Source: Oscillospiraceae bacterium (GTDB lineage Bacteria; Bacillota; Clostridia; Oscillospirales; Oscillospiraceae). Taken from it: a DNA stretch of 40,366 nucleotides. Shown one piece after another: positions 35,828-40,366 of the stretch (the stretch's first letter is position 1; the number at the start of each line of letters is the position of its first letter). Location of the stretch: assembly GCA_017391305.1 (NCBI GenBank), contig JAFOZC010000067.1:1-40366 (forward strand). The letters are read 5' to 3'. The notes under the pieces were generated by a model. The model saw only the letters and a list, made by a program, of their open reading frames with translations. It searched no databases and was not told where the DNA came from. A program made the translations under genes and the position numbers.

Positions 35828-36514
35828 ATGAATCAGGAGCTTTTACACAAGTTCATAGAAGCCATTGTAGCCGAGGTGGTCAGACGGGTGGCAATTTTGG
35901 AGCGGCAGAAGCAGCATCCCGAGGATGTTCTGGTTCTCATTGCCGCACCTACCGCCTACCCGGAGGAGCTGAAGGCACTGCTGAGAGCCCAGTTTGGGGA
36001 GGGCTATACCCCTCTCTGCTTCCGAGAAAACTGTGAGCTGCCCCATGCTGTCTATGCAGAGGCTCTGTCTCAGGCACAGATCTTAGAGCAGGTGACCAAG
36101 GCTAAGACCGTGATCCTCATTGCGCCCCGTTTGGAGCAGCTACAGGAGATCGCAGAGGGGAACGACAGAGATTTCCTGTCCTATCTTATGATCCGCTCTG
36201 TGCTGTGGCGGAAGGATGTGCGCTTGTATCTGGATTTTGAGCCTCCCAGGTTCAAACGGAACACCTTCTTGGAGGGAGTCAGCTCTTCTCTGGATACCCT
36301 GAGAGAAATGGGTGTCACCGTCAGCCCCTATTATACCGGGGATGCGGCAAGGCAGATCGGGGAGAGCTTGGTTACCGAGGCAGATGTTCTCGCCGCCGCC
36401 GACAGAGCGGATAAGACCATCCGTTGCCGTGTGGGAGCTATCATTACTCCGGCGGCAAGAGACGCCTTGGCAGTCCATGATGTAATTGTTCAGTACGAAG
36501 GAGAAAAGCTATGA
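35828..36514 (+). CDS. BMC-associated protein of unknown function (degenerate flavoprotein/PduM-like)
   Basis: N-terminal amphipathic helix ELLHKFIEAIVAEVVRRV. C-terminal LVTEADV...GAIITPAARD motif. Overlaps the BMC-P start. Confidence 0.6.
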   Translation: MNQELLHKFIEAIVAEVVRRVAILERQKQHPEDVLVLIAAPTAYPEELKALLRAQFGEGYTPLCFRENCELPHAVYAEALSQAQILEQVTKAKTVILIAPRLEQLQEIAEGNDRDFLSYLMIRSVLWRKDVRLYLDFEPPRFKRNTFLEGVSSSLDTLREMGVTVSPYYTGDAARQIGESLVTEADVLAAADRADKTIRCRVGAIITPAARDALAVHDVIVQYEGEKL

Positions 36515-36816
36515 ATTTAGGTAGAGTAAAGGGCACTGTCGTCAGCACTAACAAGGCCGAGAAGCTTCACGGCCTGAAGCTACTGATCGTTAAGCCCATT
36601 GATATTGAAACCTGGCAGGAAAAGGGCGGACTCATTGTAGCCATTGATGCAGTGGGCGCCGGAGAGGGAGAGGTCGTCATGTTAGTCGGCGGCAGCTCCT
36701 CCCGTCAGACTGCCGTCACGGAGAACAAGCCCGTGGATCAGACTATCGTCGCAATTATCGACTCCGTAGATGTGAACGGAAGCCGTATTTTTGAAAAATT
36801 TACTCAAGAAAGTTGA
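36511..36816 (+). CDS. eutN: BMC pentamer (vertex) protein, EutN/CcmL family
   Basis: MNLGRVKGTVVSTNK...L.GLKLLIV, VAIDAVGAGEGEVV..VGGSSSR and PVD..IVAIID. Confidence 0.93.
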   Translation: MNLGRVKGTVVSTNKAEKLHGLKLLIVKPIDIETWQEKGGLIVAIDAVGAGEGEVVMLVGGSSSRQTAVTENKPVDQTIVAIIDSVDVNGSRIFEKFTQES

Positions 36817-36825
36817 GGTTAGCGT

Positions 36826-38232
36826 ATGGCATTAACAAAAGAACAAATCCGACAAATCGCCGAGCAGACTCGCAGCAGTATCATGGGCGGTACTTGCTGT
36901 GCCCCTGCGGCAAACGGGCAGTGCCTGTTTGATGATGTCCATGACGCCATCGACACTGCCATCCGTGCCCAGCAGAAGCTGATGGACATGAGTCTGGAGG
37001 AGAGAGGCAAGCTGATCGAGGCTATGCGTCAGACCGCCAGAGAGCATGCCGAGGAGCTGTCTATTCTGGCTCATGAGGAGACCGGCTACGGCAAGGTCCA
37101 CCACAAGATCGCCAAGAACCTGCTGGCTGCCAACAAGACCCCCGGTATCGAGGATCTCCATCCCACCGCATTCAGCGGAGATGACGGACTGACCATTGTG
37201 GAGACCGCTCCCTACGGTGTCATCGGTGCCATCACCCCTTCCACCAACCCCACCGCAACGGTCATTAACAACTCCATCAGCATGATCGCCGCAGGCAACG
37301 CTGTTGTCTACAATCCCCACCCTGCCGCAAAGCGTGCTTCCCAGAGAGCTATGGAGCTTCTGAACAACGCCATCATCGCCGCAGGCGGCCCCAACGGCCT
37401 GATCACTGCTCCCAAGGAGCCCACCATGGACACCTCCAAGGTCATCATGACCCACAAGGCCATCAAGATGCTGGCGGTTACCGGCGGTGAGGCTGTTGTT
37501 GAGGTTGCTATGAAGTCCGGCAAGAAGTGCGTTGCCGCAGGCCCCGGCAATCCCCCTGTTATCGTTGATGAGACCGCTGACATTCCTCAGACTGCCAAGC
37601 ACATTGTAGACGGCGCAAGCTTTGACAACAATGTTCTCTGCGTAGCCGAGAAGGAAGTCTTCATGGTCAATTCCATTGCCGATGCCCTCATGAACACCAT
37701 GCAGCAGCACGGTGCCTTCCGTGTCTATGGTGAGGATATCGACAAGATCGTCCGTACCGTCCTGGTACAGAAGGACGGCAAGTATGTCATCAACCGCAAG
37801 TTCGTCGGTCACGATGCTACCTACATCCTCCGTGAGAGCGGCGTTGCCTTTACCGGCGAGCCCGTTCTGATCATCGCAGACGTAGACCGTTACCATCCCT
37901 TCGTAGAGGTGGAAATGCTCATGCCCGTTCTCGGCATGGTTCGTGTGGCCAATTTTGAGGAGGCTCTCTCCGAGGCCTTCCGTGCAGAGCATGGCTGCCA
38001 GCACTCCGCAATGATCCACTCTACCAATGTTCACAATATGTCCCGTGCGGCTCGCCGCATGAATACCACCATCTTTGTCAAGAACGCTCCTTCCTACTCC
38101 GGTCTGGGCTTCGGCGGTGAGGGCTATACCACCCTGACCATTGCCACTCCCACCGGCGAGGGTCTGACCAGCGCCAAGTCCTTCACCAGAGCAAGACGCT
38201 GTGTCCTCAAGGGCGACTTCCGCATTATTTAA
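36826..38232 (+). CDS. CoA-acylating aldehyde dehydrogenase, EutE/PduP family
   Basis: ETGYG, PYGVIGAITPSTNPT, VTGG, AGPGNPP.IVDETAD, FDNNVLCVAEK (catalytic Cys), EMLMP and TIATPTGEG. N-terminal targeting-type helix. Confidence 0.93.
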   Translation: MALTKEQIRQIAEQTRSSIMGGTCCAPAANGQCLFDDVHDAIDTAIRAQQKLMDMSLEERGKLIEAMRQTAREHAEELSILAHEETGYGKVHHKIAKNLLAANKTPGIEDLHPTAFSGDDGLTIVETAPYGVIGAITPSTNPTATVINNSISMIAAGNAVVYNPHPAAKRASQRAMELLNNAIIAAGGPNGLITAPKEPTMDTSKVIMTHKAIKMLAVTGGEAVVEVAMKSGKKCVAAGPGNPPVIVDETADIPQTAKHIVDGASFDNNVLCVAEKEVFMVNSIADALMNTMQQHGAFRVYGEDIDKIVRTVLVQKDGKYVINRKFVGHDATYILRESGVAFTGEPVLIIADVDRYHPFVEVEMLMPVLGMVRVANFEEALSEAFRAEHGCQHSAMIHSTNVHNMSRAARRMNTTIFVKNAPSYSGLGFGGEGYTTLTIATPTGEGLTSAKSFTRARRCVLKGDFRII

Positions 38233-38236
38233 GCCT

Positions 38237-39550
38237 ATGGAACTGACAAAGATCGTCTGTGACGCCGGTATCCTCGGCGCAGGCGGCGCAGGCTTCCCCA
38301 CTCATGTAAAGATCAATTGCAAGGCAGAATACGTCCTTGCAAACGGAGCCGAGTGTGAGCCCCTTCTTCGGGTAGACCAGCAGGTCATGCAGGTCTATGC
38401 CGCAGATGTGGTCAAGGGCATACGGGCGGTGAAGGAATTCACCGGTGCCAAGTATGCCGTTATCTGCCTCAAGGAGCATTACCACGATGCGGTCCATGCC
38501 CTCAAGGCAGAAATCAAGGATGCAGAGGATGTACGCATCCACCTGTTAGACGGCTATTACCCCGCAGGTGACGAACAGCAGATCGTCTATGATGTAACCG
38601 GCCGTGTGGTTCCCACCGGGGGACTGCCTCTGGATGTGGGCTGTGTGGTCTGCAACGTCAGCACCCTTGTGAATATCGCAAATGCTATGGAAGGCAAGAA
38701 GGTCATTGAGAAGCACGTGACCGTAGGCGGCGCTGTGAAGAATCCTGTCACTGTCCGTGTCCCCGTTGGCATTTCTCTGAAGGAAGTTCTGGAAGCCGCC
38801 GGTGGCACCACCGAGGATTGCGACTACATCATCGGCGGCCCTTGTATGGGACGTGTGGTGGATACTCTGGATATTCCCGTGACCAAGACCACGGGGGGGC
38901 TCTTGGCGATCCCCAAGGGACATCCTCTCTTTGATTCCAAATCCACTACCATCAACCTTAAGAAGATGATGGCTGTGTGTTGCCAGTGCTCCATGTGTAC
39001 CCAGATGTGTCCCAGAAATGCCCTTGGCCTCAACGTCCAGCCCCACAAGGCCATGCGCTCTCTTGCCAACGGTGCGGATCTTCTGGGTGACATCAACGGC
39101 CTCTTCTCCTGCTGTAATTGCGGTCTGTGTACCTACTATGCCTGCAACTTCGGTCTCAAGCCCTCTCAGGTCATGCAGGTGCTCAAATCTGCCGTTGCCT
39201 CTAAGGGAACTCGGGCTCGCAAGGAGGTCTACACCACCGTAGACGGCGGTCTGGAGAATAAGAAGGTTCCCGTATCCCGTTTAATTGCCCGTATGGGTCT
39301 CAAGAAATATGACGTGCCTGCCCCTCTGGTAGATAAGGCACTGACCACCGACTGTGTCCGTATTGCCCTTCGCATGGGTGTCGGCGCTCCCTCTGTTCCC
39401 AAGGTTCAGGTAGGGGATAAGGTTCGCAAGAACCAGCTCGTTGCCGACATTGCAGAGGGGAAATTGGGTGTCAAGATGCATGCCAGCATTTCCGGCACCG
39501 TAACGGATATCAGCAACGACTATATTGAAATCAGGAGGACGAGTAAATGA
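38237..39550 (+). CDS. pduS: PduS-like (RnfC-related) Fe-S flavoprotein
   Basis: AGILGAGGAGFPTHVK, NGAECEPLLRVD, YPAGDEQ, GGPCMG, CCQCSMCTQMCP, CCNCGLC..YAC and C-terminal HASISG.V. Confidence 0.88.
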   Translation: MELTKIVCDAGILGAGGAGFPTHVKINCKAEYVLANGAECEPLLRVDQQVMQVYAADVVKGIRAVKEFTGAKYAVICLKEHYHDAVHALKAEIKDAEDVRIHLLDGYYPAGDEQQIVYDVTGRVVPTGGLPLDVGCVVCNVSTLVNIANAMEGKKVIEKHVTVGGAVKNPVTVRVPVGISLKEVLEAAGGTTEDCDYIIGGPCMGRVVDTLDIPVTKTTGGLLAIPKGHPLFDSKSTTINLKKMMAVCCQCSMCTQMCPRNALGLNVQPHKAMRSLANGADLLGDINGLFSCCNCGLCTYYACNFGLKPSQVMQVLKSAVASKGTRARKEVYTTVDGGLENKKVPVSRLIARMGLKKYDVPAPLVDKALTTDCVRIALRMGVGAPSVPKVQVGDKVRKNQLVADIAEGKLGVKMHASISGTVTDISNDYIEIRRTSK

Positions 39551-40092
39551 ACGCACTTGGCATGATCGAAACCAACAGCATTCCCGTAGGAATCAACGCA
39601 GGGGATGCCATGCTGAAGGCAGCAACCGTAGAGCTCATTACCGCACAGCCTGTCTGTGCAGGTAAATTCATCGTCCTCGTTACCGGCGATGTTGCCGCTG
39701 TGAAGGAAAGCGTAGAGGCAGGCTGTGAAGTTGCCGGACAGAGACTGGTAGACAGCGTAGTGATCTCCTCTGTCCACCCTCAGGTCCCCAGAGCGATCAA
39801 TGCCTGCAATGATATCGGACAGGTCACCTCTGTGGGTGTCATGGAGGCCTTCAGCCTCTGTGCCGCAGTTGTGGTAGCCGATGCGGCGGTCAAGGCCGCG
39901 GCTGTGGATCTCATCGACATCCGCTTGGGCAGAGGTCTGGGTGGCAAATCCTTCATTACCCTCACAGGTGAGGTTGCCGCCGTTCGTGCCGCAGTGGCAG
40001 CGGGCGAGGCTCTTCCCGAGGCAAAGGGAATGCTCTCCGAGAGCGTGGTCATTCCCTCTCCCCATCCCGATATCGTCAATTCCCTGTATTAA
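39547..40092 (+). CDS. pduT: Tandem-domain BMC shell protein PduT-like
   Basis: Two BMC domains, pore Cys in PVCAGKF, RLGRGLGGKSF and VVIPSPH. Directly follows pduS. Confidence 0.9.
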   Translation: MNALGMIETNSIPVGINAGDAMLKAATVELITAQPVCAGKFIVLVTGDVAAVKESVEAGCEVAGQRLVDSVVISSVHPQVPRAINACNDIGQVTSVGVMEAFSLCAAVVVADAAVKAAAVDLIDIRLGRGLGGKSFITLTGEVAAVRAAVAAGEALPEAKGMLSESVVIPSPHPDIVNSLY

Positions 40093-40134
40093 GAATAAAA
40101 ATTTAAATAATAATCTATTTTGGAGGAACTACAA

Positions 40135-40366
40135 ATGAAAGAAGCATTAGGCATGATCGAAACCCGTGGCCTCATTGGTGCCATCGAAGCAGCAGACGCA
40201 ATGGTCAAGGCTGCAAACGTCCGTCTCATTGGCAAGCAGCAGATCGGCTCCGGCCTGGTCACCGTCATGGTTCGTGGCGATGTGGGCGCTGTCAAGGCCG
40301 CTGTTGACGCAGGCGCAACTGCCGCAAAGCGTGTTGGCGAGCTCTACGGCTGCCACGTTATCCCCT
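40135..40366 (+). CDS. BMC hexamer shell protein (EutM/PduA-like), 3' truncated by window
   Basis: Own translation: [60 protein letters not shown]...HVIP. RBS GGAGG. Confidence 0.95.
   Translation, partial: MKEALGMIETRGLIGAIEAADAMVKAANVRLIGKQQIGSGLVTVMVRGDVGAVKAAVDAGATAAKRVGELYGCHVIP

Overview
GC-rich Firmicute (Clostridia, probably Oscillospiraceae-like) chromosomal window that is almost all coding and dominated by nucleic-acid catabolism. From left to right: the end of a xanthine dehydrogenase-family operon (xdhA'-xdhB-xdhC); an NCS2 purine permease; a small orphan gene; a nucleoside salvage cluster (tdk-deoD-deoB-cdd, BMP-type nucleoside ABC transporter, udk) with no deoC; a minus-strand selenium operon (yqeC-yqeB-selD-cysK) divergent from a truncated ModE-like regulator, with a palindrome over the operon's -10; a YibE/F membrane protein divergent from a 1714-aa SLH-anchored PHP/OB-fold surface hydrolase; housekeeping ylxM-ffh-rpsP-khpA; pdaA; a ~1430-aa secreted ComEC/Pce-like metallo-beta-lactamase-fold protein; and the start of a DeoR-regulated bacterial microcompartment (BMC) locus (Fe-ADH, PduL, hypothetical, BMC-P, aldehyde dehydrogenase, PduS, PduT, BMC-H). 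The BMC signature enzyme lies beyond the window. Three copies of a mosaic palindromic intergenic repeat, a GTAG-REP doublet and a triplicated (AATGAGCGAA)x2 operator-like motif are visible. The best system-level hypothesis is inference: a clustered extracellular DNA/nucleoside scavenging pathway, with purines going to a Se-dependent Mo hydroxylase and deoxyribose-5-phosphate going to an SPU-type BMC. No rRNA, tRNA, CRISPR array or transposase gene was recognised. All family assignments come from motif recognition by eye, not from database searches.
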